From Octopus bimaculoides (lineage: Eukaryota), in assembly GCF_001194135.2 (NCBI RefSeq), contig NC_068998.1:374456-438455 (forward strand): a DNA stretch of 64,000 bases. The letters run 5' to 3'. The stretch's first letter is position 1. Every line of letters starts with the position of its first letter. The position numbers and the translations under genes are program-made. Shown here piece by piece: positions 51,666-64,000 of the stretch. The notes under the pieces were generated by a model, which worked only from the letters and a program-made list of their open reading frames with translations, was not told the origin of the DNA and did not search any database.

Positions 51666-52004
51666 TATTAATTAACAATTGCACTCAGTGAGTGGATAAT
51701 GAAAAATTAATGAGAGAATCTGAGGCAGTTGATTGGGAAAGCAATTAGTCAAGTAATTCTGTGTTTCTCCATCAACAAAAAACTCTTTATTTTAATACCT
51801 GGGATTTTATAACCTTAATGAAACTTTACAACAACAGCAACAACAACAACATGGATGGTCAATTTACAAATGCCTTTTGACGTTATAAAAGAGTAATTAG
51901 AATTAATGCCATGAAAATATTATTCAAAGCATCATTGTGGTAATTCTGGATCGGAAATGTATTTGGATTTTGTACAGTGATATATTGGGAAGAAGGCAGA
52001 ATTC

Positions 52005-52160
52005 TTTGCTTGCTGGACAAAGGGCTCAGGCAGCATTTTGTCCATCTTTACGTTCTGAGTTCAAATTCCACCCAAGTTGACTTTATCTTTAATCCTTTTG
52101 GGGATAATAAAGTAAGTTCCAGCTGAGCACTTGGGTTGTGCCAAAATTTGAAATTACTAC
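52005..52160 (+). mobile_element. SINE family A
   Basis: gcagcattttgtccatctttacgttctgagttcaaattcc...ttttgggg..taa..agttccagctgagcact. Confidence 0.8.
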
Positions 52161-54273
52161 ATAGGGAAAAAAAAGTTAAAAGAAAAAAACATTTTTAAAA
52201 ATCCATCAGCAAACTTTTAAAAATATATCCCAGGTGAAAAACGGTGACCTGTTGACCTGTTGCATAAGCTTTGTAAAGATGAGATTCATTCAAATGAGGT
52301 CATTTGTTTTCAGTTTTCTTTGTAATCCTTCGTTGTTTGATAGACTTGGAGATTATTATCTCACCTGTTCCCAGGTGAGAGTTGTCATCAGAAATGGTGT
52401 CTGGTCATAGAAAACTCCATCCCAACATACTTTCGTCTGATCTGTATAAGCAAGGAAATGTAGTCATTAAAATGCTGCTGATGATATACGATGTACCTTA
52501 AAGTACAGAAATTCTGACATCTGGGAGCAGTGGGCAGTTGTTGTGAGAAAATGACACCCTCAAGAGGGAATTGTCAGGAAATTTAGTTGAAGCAAATTTT
52601 TTTCTAACTTGTTTGTGGTGTCTGATAAATTTAGCATTGGTAAATCTTTCCAAATTTGTTTTAGGGGTTGTTTAGCTTGTTGCAGAATTTAGGTTTAGGA
52701 AAAAGAAAGAAAAAATATTAATAAAGATATGAAAGTGTTGTTATGTTGGGGTTCTCTGAGATGTGGAAGGTACAAGTTTCCTCCAAAGACGTGGAATGTA
52801 AGTTTAAGAGTCCTCCAAAAGAAATGGGTTTTGAAACCCTTTCGCAACAATAGAGAAATTAATCATCTTAATTACTGAATGATTTTCATGTCACTATGAC
52901 ATGGATGGTTGAGATACTCACTGACTGAGACAGATACTCACAAACTAATAAACTCACTAATTAACAAACTCACTAATTAAGAAGATACTCCCAAAACTTA
53001 TGTTAAGTCTATTGTGAGGCCATATTTTTAGTTTCCATACTTTTCCATTTTAAACATTTCTATTCAAAATCTACCCCTCCCAACATTCCCTCCGGATGCT
53101 TCTCCATCTTTATTCCACCTCCACTCTCCCTCACACTCCACCTCCACTCTCTTTCACACTTCTCATCATTAATCTGTGTTTCTCACTGACAGAAATAATC
53201 TTCATTATTTTCTTTTTTCCTTTTCTAGATGTTTACAACTCTCACCATCATCACCGTCATCACCATCATCAACAACACCACTCTCACTATGACCATCACC
53301 ACCACCATCATCATTCCCACCCTTCTTGTGATCCCTACTCCAGCTTTTCCCTCCACCTGCCTTGCTCCCTCTGCTATTCCTAACATCTTTGAATAATTTT
53401 TGATTGTGTGTGTGTGTGTGTCAATGAGTGAAGTCATGTGTCACTGTGTCTAAAGGTATGTGTGTGTAAAGGTGTGTGTTTGTTTGTGTGTGTGTTGGTA
53501 TATGTTCTTTCCATCCAACCACCCCCTATCTCATTCCAAAATGACAATCTTACCTTCCTATAAATGACATCATTTCTCTTCACTGGCTTATCCTTCTGCC
53601 CCATCACCCACTGCCCTCCCTCTGATGGAGTGCTTTCACGATTGACATTCCCCTAAAAATAACAAATTCTATCTAAATCCATTGCAACAGGAATCCTTTC
53701 TCACAAGATTCAGCTTGAACTGGAAACACAGATTAGTGACAACAGACACTATAAATAAATAAAACCACTTTAAGCACAGATGATGATGATGATGGTGATG
53801 ACAACGATGACGATATTAATGATGACGATGATGATTTTCTTTCTTTCTTTAATTATGCTGGTTTCTTTATATTGATGACTTCCCTCGTTTATTATTGTTG
53901 TTGTTGTTGTTATTGCTAATAATACTAATAATAATATGAGTTCTTGTATTGGCCCAATGGTGACGAGAGAAAATTAAATACAGGTTATAAAGATAGTCCC
54001 TCTCTTTCTCTCTCCCTCCCCACCACCCCACTCGTTCCCTGTAGGGTTAGGAATAGAAAAAAAAATGTGAAAGGAATCTTTAAGAAATCAAAGATTGAAA
54101 CAACATCTTGTGAATGAAATATCGTTTAGGAAATGTGTTGGAAAATGAAAGTGTGTGGTGCTGGAAGTTGCAGAACTGGAAATAAAGGAAACCTGAAGAG
54201 TGAATGACAGTTTGTCTGAGTCTCTCAAGAAATCATTTCCTTTTCTAAACCCGTCAGTTTTTCTAAGGCTGTT

Positions 54274-54313
<40 letters not shown>

Positions 54314-54425
54314 CTGTGTTGCACATTTCTCTACACATTTCTTTCTCTCCTGTTGCACAAACGCACAACCACGAAACAGAGTTCTTCTGGGATTCCATTC
54401 TCAATTTTCTGGAATTGGTTTTAAA

Positions 54426-54473
54426 ATGTTGGAAAAATTTCTACTGTGTATTCGTTTTGCGAAACTCCAAAAG
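54426..54473 (+). CDS. Candidate internal first coding exon (MLEKFLLCIRFAKLQK) of a short CASK isoform
   Basis: AAAATG start context, 16 codons, AAG|GTATTT donor in phase 0, matching the phase of this intron. Lies in unique sequence after a (CA)n tract. Prediction only. Confidence 0.35.
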
Positions 54474-54519
54474 GTATTTATCATTTATTGCTGTTGTTAC
54501 TGTTGTTGTGAACAGAGGG

Positions 54520-54860
54520 AATCATTAGACAGTGGAACTAAATGCCTTCTGGCTCTTCTTTATGGTCTGAGTTCAATTCCAGCGGCAGTCACCTTTACCT
54601 TTCATCTTTTCAACATTCATAAAATAAAATAACACCAATGGGGGATGAGGATGTGGGAGTGGTGGGTAGCAGTGGGTAACTGACTTTCCTTCCCTCAAAA
54701 CTATTGACCTGCTTAAATTCCGCTGAGGTCAACTTTGCCTTTCATTCTTTCAGGGTTGATAGATTAAGTACCGGTGAAACACTGCAGTCGATGTAATCGA
54801 ATGGTCCCGCTACCCAAAATTTCAGGCCTTGTGCCTATAGGAGAAAGGATTATTATTGTT
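54520..54860 (+). mobile_element. Two SINE family A fragments in tandem
   Basis: ggtctgagttcaattcc..cagtcacctttacctttcatc (about 54560) and ccgctgaggtcaactttgcctttcattctttcagggttgatagattaagtacc...caggccttgtgcctatag (54720-54840). Confidence 0.8.
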
Positions 54861-55039
54861 GTTGTTGTTGTTAGCTCACTGGTGAATTTAATTTCAATTT
54901 GTATTTTGAACTTGTGAAAAACACACAGTGTTGAAATTTTGTTCAACCAGTATATCTATTGCAATAGCATCACACTCTTCATCTTGTCTGTTAACCTTTG
55001 TGAAGAGTTACAGCAATCCTTTAAAAATATTATTATTAT

Positions 55040-55200
55040 TATTATTATGTCTTGAACATTCTGAGTTCAAATGTCCCTGAGATTGGCTTTGCCTTTCACC
55101 CCTTTTTGATGTCAATGAAATAAGAACCAGTTGAACACCGGGGTCAATGTAATTCCTTTTCCCCACCCCTCAAATTTGCAGACCTTTTGTGCCAAAATGC
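55040..55200 (+). mobile_element. SINE family A
   Basis: acattctgagttcaaat...tttgcctttcaccc...ccagttgaacaccggggtcaatgtaat...ttgtgccaaaat. Confidence 0.8.
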
Positions 55201-56499
55201 AAAACAATCAGACCAATGAATTGCATGTGGAAGTGTGTGTGTTAATGGGTGGTAGGTACTGTAGTATTGGCTATTGGTTATGAAGAGAGTGTGTTATGTT
55301 CAGTATCATACATGTATTGTGCCCCAGTTATTACTGGTACTGTTTTTCACTCCTCTCCCTCCATCCTGTTTAATTTCAGCTCCAGCATCCTCTTTTCTCC
55401 TCCTCTTCCTCTTTTTGGACCATGTGTGTTGCTCAGAATGGATCTTTATCCCTTCTGTTACTATTCTCATCTTTAATTACTATATCTGGGTGGTTTGCCT
55501 TAATCTTAATGTCAGTTTGGTCATAGAATGTCCCAAATGATTGTAGCTAAATACTTGTCCACTTTTTTCCATGTTGGTATACTGTGTAGTGGTCATAACT
55601 GCTGATTCAGTTGTGTCTGTGGACATTTTTGGATTTGGCAAAGAATGGACAGTCAGAGATGAAGTGGTCAGTTGTACTAATTAAATAATTAGACATTATC
55701 TATTTTTTAATTCTTTTTTTTTTCTGTTTGTAATTCTTTGTGACTTGGCAGCTAGAACTAAACTTCTGTTTCTGCTTTTAACTTCAATTTATTGAGTCAT
55801 TTTCAGCTTTGTCTTCTTCAATGCCATTCTCTTCAATCTTGCAGGATATTGGCCATGGAAAAGTTTTCCTCTCTAGATTTTTTGCAATTAAATATTTACC
55901 TCAACCAGGTTAACTAAATATTTACCTGGACCAGGTTAATTGAAAACTATGTCTTGTTTGTCATGTGACATGATATTGGCTTCGTTTACAAGAAACCAAT
56001 TAACTTTAGGAATTATTGCTCATAAATAACTGAATCTAATTTGGACTCTTATCGCTGGTTCTTGATTTTATTAAGTTTTTCATTCTTTGATTCTGTTGTT
56101 TTGGTTCCTTGTTCTTTGTTTCTGTCTTTAGAGAGACAAAGCTAGATCTCTATCTGATATAGGTTAATCTTAATTAGTATGGAAGTGGGCAAGATTATTT
56201 AATTCCAAACTGAAATCTTAATGTGATCTTGCTTCAGTAAATATAAGATCTTGTGTTTTCTCAGATTCTGTTTATTAAATTCATGTGCATTGAAATGGAT
56301 AATTATTTGTTGGAATAGGTGTGAATTTGTGTGTATCTGTACGTGGTTGCATTTCACTGTGCGTGTGTGTGTGTGTAGATTTATTTTCTTTTGAAATATA
56401 GAAGTACAAATGTATCTGTATCCATGATTTTGAATACAAGTTGTGTTGCAAGTGTAGCATTTCTAGATGCATTATTTAAAAATATATTTCAGCATCCCA

Positions 56500-56810
56500 T
56501 TGACACGGATACATTCATGCAGCACTGACGTGGGTGCATAAACGCATCACTAACATGGGGGCTTTTCATGTAGCACCCACACCTGAAAGGACAAACCTGT
56601 ATGTATGGAAGACAGCAACTTTATTTAGTTTGATGTGTCTTATCAAGTACAGCAAATTGCCATATCCTCTGGTCCCTTGTAGTTTCTTCAGCAAGGTCCA
56701 TCATCCAAAGATCCTTTCTCACCACTTCATCCCACGTTTTCTTGGGTCTACCCCTTCCACAGGTACCCTCCACAATTAGAGCTTGGCACTTCTTTACATA
56801 GCTGTCGTCA
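56500..56810 (-). mobile_element. RTE-clade LINE 3' end
   Basis: DDSYVKKCQALIVEGTCGRGRPKKTWDEVVRKDLWMMDLAEETTRDQRIWQFAVLDKT. Confidence 0.85.
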
Positions 56811-56852
<42 letters not shown>

Positions 56853-56983
56853 NNNNNNNNNNNNNNNNNNNNNNNNNNNNNNNNNNNNNNNNNNNNNNNN
56901 NNNNNNNNNNNNNNNNNNNNNNNNNNNNNNNNNNNNNNNNNNNNNNNNTGTATATATATATATATATATTTATAAATATATAT

Positions 56984-57024
<41 letters not shown>

Positions 57025-59003
57025 GTTGATGATGATGATGTTTGACCTTGACACATATTTCAATGTCGGACCATGGCATCTCATTACACGAAATGAAATG
57101 AAAAAGCCAATTATTTAGAAATTCTCTTTGTACTTTAAAAAAAGACAAATTGCTTTCTTCTTAGGATTCTTTTTTGTTTTGCTCTTTTTGTTGTTGTTGT
57201 TGTACATGACTGGTTGATCATTCTCATTTTCTTCTTCTTCTTCTTCTTCTTCTTCTTTATCATAATTCTTACCAAATATTTTGCCTTTTTTTAATCATTA
57301 AAGGCCAAAAAAAAAAAGTGATTAAGAGAGAACTACCATTAACTACACCTATAATTCATTTGATCAGCAACATGTGTGTGTGTGTTGTTTTAGTACTTTA
57401 GAAGCTGTGTTAGGAGTAAGTTCGTTTATTAGTGAGTCAAGGCATGGATTAATAAGTTCTATGTATTATTTAGAAAATGCTTTAGTAAGTTAAAAGATGT
57501 GCTAGTCTGGTTTGAATAGTCAGTTTAGGAATATATTAGTTGTGTTGGTAAGTTAGTGGGTTATATTATTAATAAATCAAGAGATGTGTTACTATGTTAG
57601 TGTATTAGTCAGTTAGTGAGTTTGAAGTTCAGTTTGTAATTTGTGTCTCATTGATTTTGAAACCAATCGATTGAGTGGAGGTTGGTGGAGGTTGGTGAAT
57701 ACGTCTTTCTCCTCACACCACCACCACCACCACACTAATGGCCTTTAGAAGAGACGAGTTGTTTGGAAGAGACGAGATCTCATCAATGATAGACAGAAAC
57801 TTCCTGTCCTGAGCCACGGACCATGAATAATGAAAAGGCTGCCTAAACCAGACTTTACACAGAATCAATTAAAGTAGATTATTGAACTAAGAGAGTTTCA
57901 TTGATTTTTCTTTCTGTCTTTCTTTGTATTAAGGTACAGGAAGTGACCCCTGTTACCAAACATTGGATACTATTGATTCTTTCGTCCATGCTGTTTTTAA
58001 CATTAGAAGCACAAGACATAAATGGAGTGCTGTCAGGTTCAAGTAGATGGTTACTGATTATGTAGGTCAGCGAAGAGGCTTAACACTCAGCCACAGACAA
58101 TTTCTCTTTCATCTTCATACATTTAAACAAAATCACAAAACCAAACAACCTGTATTTTTTTTTTCTTTTTGCCCCTCCACCCATGACAGAACTACTTATT
58201 GTTTAAGGAAGCTGTGTTATGTCAATAACAATTGTTAATTCAAGGAGAATTAACCATTGTTGGTGACCAGGTGCTGTTAATGAAAACAAGATTATGTACT
58301 CAAATGTTCAAATATTTATTAGGACAAGTTTATTTATTCCAGTTTACTTAACTGGAAATAAATTCTTCATGATTGGTTTACAAAAGAAATATGATCCAGC
58401 TGAACAAATAATGGTTGAAAGTAAAACCATCCCAGAACAATCTATTGAAGCAGTCCTACAAAAAAATGATGTAAAACTACTTAAGAAAAGGTAACATAGC
58501 AATCTGTGTCACAGAAATGCTGCAAGTTATCCAAAACCTGTAATATTTCAGGAAGAATTAGACATTTTTTTAACCTCAATATTTGCAAAATAGATTTTAT
58601 ATAAAAATCTTTTTATGCTAAATTATTAATTGAATTTGATTTATTCCAAGATTAGGTAAATTTTATTTTTAACAACAGAATCTTGGTTGTTGTGGTGTGG
58701 ATGCGAGAAAAAGGAAGAGATTTGGTAGGAAGAATTAGGATCTCATTAATTGATGGGTTAATGAGGAGAGATGGAGGAAATAAATAGCAGAGAATTGGAG
58801 AAGAGAAAGAGAGAGGGTGAGGTAATTGTTTAACCGAAGGTCAGTTGTGATTGAGTAGGTTGAGTTTGATTAAAGCCATTCCAGCCATGAACATTCCACT
58901 TTATTTTCAGGTAGAATGTATTTATGATCACATTCTCCAACTTCCTCTATTTTATGATGGGATATCATGATTTTAGGGAGATTTGGTTGCTATTTCTAGC
59001 AGC

Positions 59004-59036
<33 letters not shown>

Positions 59037-59496
59037 CATGTCGGTTGACAGTTTGGAGAAAGACAGCAGATATATTCTGCAGAGGAATTCACAAAAAGCA
59101 AAGAGGAAATGGCCAACCAAACTGAAGGAGAGATTACAGTGAAGACTTGTTTAAGCCATTGCAGGATAAAAAAATTGATGTAAAACTATTGATTTTTGTG
59201 ATGTTGGAGCTGGCCTCAATGGTGCCTGTAATCCAATGATAGGATTTTGTAGAAACAATCAAACATTCTAAGGTTGATGGTTGGAGAGAGAGAGAGAGAG
59301 AGAGGGGGGTAGCTTGGTATAAATTATTCAGCTTCATTAGAATATTGACTGTGAGATTAAGGAACAAAATAACAAGACAAAGCAGATGTAATTATAATAA
59401 TAATAATAATAATATCAACAACAACAAGGGTGGTGGTGGTGGTGGTGGTTGTTCAATCTGTTATGTTCTTATTTACATGAAGATACCTCAGTTTAG

Positions 59497-59527
<31 letters not shown>

Positions 59528-60149
59528 GTTGATCTGTGTTATATAATTGAGAGTTTAGAGGTTCCTATATCAGATTCAGTTGACGGTTGTGGGTGAATCC
59601 ATTAATAAGCTGAGAACACATTGGAACATTCAGTTTTAATTAGCAAATTTTGATTAACTTTGTTCTGTGTGATGTTAAAATGTAACATCTTGCCCAAGAT
59701 TGTAAAAACTAACTGAAGTTGGCATCGTTAAAGTTTTTAAATTTATAAACACGTAATTCTGTTTATAAAACAACACAAATATTTATGATACAAACACACA
59801 AAAAAGCACAAAAAACAAAATGTGTTTATTTTTTTAATTTTATGTAAATGCATTCTTTGTGGTTGGTTGTAAAGGAAAATCAAAAGAAAAACCTGCTTTA
59901 AATGTCTTGTTTAGGAGGGGGTTGGAAAAAATTTGTTTCATGCTTCAAAGATTCTAAATGATGATTGCCAAGAAGTAATGAGATTTATTTATTAATTAAC
60001 AGTCAATATTAAAATGCTTAAGGTAGAAATAAGGTAGAAAAAAGAATATTTGTTTCTAGAACTGTCTTCCTGTATAAAGTCCATGGACAAAACTATATCG
60101 AATTATTTAAAATGTTGACATTCATAGATATTATTGTTTCCATCCTGTT

Positions 60150-60485
60150 GACTACACTAATGTTTCATGTAATGTAAGCTATATTACAGTTCCAACTGAT
60201 CTGGACTATGTAACAGATTCCTGGAATGTAGACTTCATTAGTTGCATAGAATGAATATGTGGCAATGTTAATTTCATCTGAACAGTATTAGTTTCATGTA
60301 ATCTGGGCTCCACTGGACTATATTACGGTTTTATGTAATGTAAACTATATTAATTTTCTTTAAAGTAACCTATTTTACAGTTTCCCATGATCTGGACTAT
60401 ATAAGGCTTGCATGCGATGTGGACTGTATTATAACCATTTCATGCAATCTGGACTATATTCCTATCATGTAAAGGGAACTATATT
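60150..60485. repeat. Degenerate minisatellite, unit about 27 bp (ttacagtttcatgtaatctggactata-like)
   Basis: Recurrent ggactata / tttcatgtaat words at roughly regular spacing. Confidence 0.6.
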
Positions 60486-62160
60486 CAACTGCTCTGAAAA
60501 TAAGTAGCAGCCAGCTATTGTTGGTGCCACCCTTTCTTCCTCCATCAGTCACATCTGGAATGTTTCTCTGAGTCATGGGGTTGACATAAAAGTGTGAGTG
60601 TCATCTTGGGACTACACAGACCCCTGAAACATTTCGTGAAAGCATGGTACTTGTTTTCCCCAAGATGTCTTTGTTTGGTCATGGTGGCTAAGGCTATAAT
60701 ATAAAATAGTAAAAGTTGAATATCAGACTAAATATACTGCTGTGTTGTGAGTTCAACCTTTCAAGATCGCTAAAGGAAATACCAGTAATATAATAGTGTT
60801 GCTTCTCTTGCCTGTTTCTATCTCCTACAATTTGTGCCAAACTTTAAAATAATTACATCCCTCTATGTTTGTAATATTTAAAAATCCTAGTTATTTACCA
60901 TAAATAGAGGTTCAGTGATACAGATCTTATTAATTACTCTTTAGGTTCATTTATTAATATTCAAGAATGGCAATCGAGACTTACTTAGAGATATGCAGCC
61001 ACAACTCAATCACTCTGTTGTTGTCAGTCTCAACCAAATATTTGACTTCTTCCGAAATAGTTTAGCCTCGTCAGTTATTATTTAATTATCAATTGTCCCT
61101 GATGACACCACTTCACAATGAGGTCAATAGTTTGCCAATCTTTAAATTTGTTCATCATTGTTGGTGTACTTTGCCAAATTTCTTTTGTTAAGATAAAAAG
61201 TAAAAATAGAAACAAGTCACGAAAAAAAAAGCTAAGCTCAATGGAAATGGAAAGTAAATTTTAGATGGAAAAAGTTTATTGAAATTCAACAATTTGATTT
61301 GATATTTAGAAAATATGATATTGTGTTTACAATACAATTTAGAATATGGCCAGAATATTTGGCAAAGCTCTTTCTTTTAAGTTTCAAGTTGTCTGTATCT
61401 CCCGACCCTCTCTCCCTCCTCCTCCCCCTCTCCATGTATGTTTCAGACTCACGTGTATGGCTGTGTGGTTAAGCAAGTCTGCATTCCCCACTGACATGCT
61501 TTCCTCCTGGGCCTTCTAGATCAGAGTTGCCTAAACATTAGACATCAATTAGTTGAGTTGTGACCCTACTATTTTGGTGGCTACCATCTAAACATCATTG
61601 GTAAGGTTTCAATTCTCACCGAGCAAGCAAAATAATATTTTTTTATGTATGGTGTGTTGTTTTTGCTGCTGTTTTTATACCTGATCCTCTCTGGTCTTAG
61701 AACGTTACACAAGGTTTCATTTATATTGGGGAACTTTATGGACCCTTGCTGTGAAAGGGAGACTGCAGTTAAAAAGGAACAAATCTTTATGCAAACCCAT
61801 TGTAATGGAACTTACTGCAAGGTTCATAACTATTCAATCATCATCATCGTCATCATCAAGATCATTATTATTCATTTTAATAATCTCCACCATGATGTTA
61901 ATCCTTGTCTTTTTCATTACCTAAATCATCATCTTCATTCCCATAATCTCTCTTTCACACATACACACACACACACACACACTTCACTACACAAAGTATT
62001 CTTGGATAATGCCACTGTAAATTCTCCCATTCCCCCTAAAAAAAAAGAGTTGCAGAAATTCTGTTGTTAAAAAACATTTTCATAGATTTGGGTAAAGAAC
62101 CATTGTTGAAGAGATTACAACAGTTGTCAGTTCCAGTCAAATGTTACAATTAATTAGCTG

Positions 62161-62205
<45 letters not shown>

Positions 62206-62215
62206 NNNNNNNNNN

Positions 62216-62257
<42 letters not shown>

Positions 62258-63039
62258 AATGCTTATACATATGAATATATGAGTATTTATGTATATATAT
62301 GTGTGTGTGTGTGTGTGTGCATGTGTATTTATATACATATGTGTGTGTGTATGTGCAAGTCTATATGTGTATGAGAGTGATATTTACTTCTCATCAATAA
62401 TTGATAGTTTTTCAGTGATTTTTCTCTCTCCAAATTCCTGGAGAAGGTTAAATACAGTGAAAGAAAACATTGAAACAAGGACATTTTCTCCAATACATTG
62501 CCATTGATTACCCTTAATGTAATTATAGATTTGTGTGTGTGCATACATGGACGTGTGTTTTTATTCTCTTTTAATATCTTTTGTAAATATCTATTTTTCT
62601 TCTTCTTTGTTTTTTGGAGGAGAAGCACATGCACACACACATGCACATGCACACACACACGCACATACACGTGCGCACGCACACACTCACACATTTTCCA
62701 GTGCTTTGTCTACAGTTGTTTCAGCATCACCCATCTTATATCGTGTGGTCTTTTTATTAGGTCAGAGACTATTTTCTTCTCAGTGTAGAAAAGACGGACC
62801 TATAAGGAATTCTGGAATTGGTTGGTTAGTAATTCTCTCAATTACTACGGATTTCATTGAAAATAGAAACATGCTCTTGTACGACCATCTGATACTTTAT
62901 TCAAGCCTAGGCTATCTAGGACTACATTAGTCAATGTGTTCTTTCCTTTTTATAAGGAGTGTTCAGGGAGATTTGGTTACTGATTTTCCAACAGGTTGAC
63001 TTCTTGGGGTCTTTCTCTTGTTGGTTGTTACGAATAAAA

Positions 63040-63480
63040 GCTAGATGTGTTGGTGCGATGAAGTTAAGATTAATATCACAAGAACATCTTCTCAGACAAT
63101 GGCCTAATAAATGATGCCACCAGAAAGATTTGTTTCTCCATTATCCCATTCTTCATTCTTACTTTCGATAAGCATGCAGTCTTCCACACTTATCAGTCCC
63201 CTTCCTCCATTTACTCTCTTCTTGTATAGACAATCAGTGTCTGCATGTGGATTATGGGCTTCAGGTATTGTTAGGGGCTTTCTTGACTTCCTGTCCGTCT
63301 CCTTTAGCCCCTGCTCCGTCCACTTCAGGATTCCAGTGCCATACCAATCTATTGTGACTGCATGCAAGTTTATTGCCGAAATTATGTTTCTGGTATTCAG
63401 CTTTGAAGCCAATATTTTTCTCACTCTCCACAAGTACTCTCACTTTGTCTTTTCCTTCATTTCCTGGTGTTTGATTTCAT
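63040..63480 (-). mobile_element. R4/Dong-clade non-LTR retrotransposon fragment (RT C-terminal part)
   Basis: EIKHQEMKEKTK*EYLWRVRKILASKLNTRNIISAINLHAV...W...LKETDRKSRK...HNPHADTDCLYKKRVNGGRGLISVEDC resembles the R4/Dong consensus (RVRKILKSKLN...HPRADVDRLY.PR..GGRGL..IED). Confidence 0.8.
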
Positions 63481-63504
63481 ATTATTATTATTATTATTAA
63501 TGTT

Positions 63505-63985
63505 GCAAGCTGGCAGAAGTGTTAGCATACTGGACAAAATGCATAGAGGCATTTCATCTGTCTTTATGTTCTGAGTTCCAATTCCACTGAGTTTGACTTT
63601 GTCTTTCATTCTTTCGGGGTCAATAAATTATGTACCAGTGAAACTCTGAGATCAATGTAATCGACTAATCACCTCCCCAAAATTTCAGGCCTTGTGTCTA
63701 TAGCCAAAAGAATTATTATTATTATTATTATTATGGAAGGTGGTGAACTGGAAGAATTGTTCGCAATCTGGGCAAAATGCTTTGTGCCACTTTATCAGTC
63801 TCTATATTGTTAGTTCAAATTCTGCCAAGGTCAACTTTTCCTTCCCTGCTTTTTGGGCCGATACAATAAGTACCAGTAAACTAATACCAGTTGAGTACTC
63901 AATGCCATTGGCTGGCCCCGCTCCTCCATAATTTCAGGTTTTGTGCCTAGAATAGATGTTATTATTATTATTATTATTATTATTA
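63505..63985 (+). mobile_element. Two tandem SINE family A copies, each with an (ATT)n tail
   Basis: gctggcagaa..gttagcat..ggacaaaatgc...gagttc.aattcc...gtcaataa..taccag...aatttcagg..ttgtg.cta.a..(ATT)n, twice. Confidence 0.85.
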
Positions 63986-64000
63986 TGTGTTTTTCTTTTT

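Noticed and set aside
52314-52380. 9-bp hairpin TCTCACCTG-ttcc-CAGGTGAGA hiding a CAG|GTGAGA donor
   Set aside because: Candidate exons of 61 or 31 nt are frameshifting or contain a stop, and a 9-bp stem is not rare enough on its own.
60960-61180. Possible mariner transposase HTH remnant on minus (EVKYLVETDNNRVIEL)
   Set aside because: Too degenerate to call without a profile search.
1-64000. tRNA genes, CRISPR arrays or other prokaryote-type systems
   Set aside because: The GTTCAAAT(T/C)C boxes are SINE heads without cloverleaf structure. There are no constant-repeat/unique-spacer arrays and no operon-like ORFs.
44127-64000. Next CASK exon (LYDKI-like, leading to the second L27)
   Set aside because: Searched by eye and not found. 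It presumably lies beyond the window or in the 46.5-47.4 kb gap.

Overview
AT-rich, microsatellite-dense eukaryotic genomic DNA with many N gaps. The repeat content looks like a coleoid cephalopod (octopus-type) genome; this is my inference. The whole window appears to be the middle of one large + strand gene, the MAGUK scaffold CASK (LIN-2/Camguk). Three exons are unambiguous: 19331-19402 (EKTKIHLQETVDEMKKFNARRKLK, calmodulin-binding/autoinhibitory segment), 20371-20461 (GAVMAAVSSPKW...ELTSS) and 44005-44126 (first L27 domain, [12 protein letters not shown]...HALLN). I found neither the kinase exons nor the next L27 exon (LYDKI-like); they lie outside the window or in gaps. The rest is intron filled with tRNA-derived SINEs, RTE-clade LINE fragments, an R4/Dong-type fragment, a decayed Helitron Rep fragment, MITEs and simple repeats. 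The most interesting signal is a possible hidden isoform system in CASK. It comprises two frame-preserving 15-nt microexon candidates (625-639 MSSIK, followed by a TGCATG site; 8930-8944 QSSSL) just before an unusually short linker exon, a 45-nt in-frame cassette candidate (32275-32319) in the intron where human CASK has a small alternative exon, and a candidate internal first exon (54426-54473, MLEKFLLCIRFAKLQK). These are predictions from splice signals and frame only and need RNA-seq. I see no prokaryote-type system (CRISPR, operon) and no evidence for a wholly new biological system beyond these candidates.
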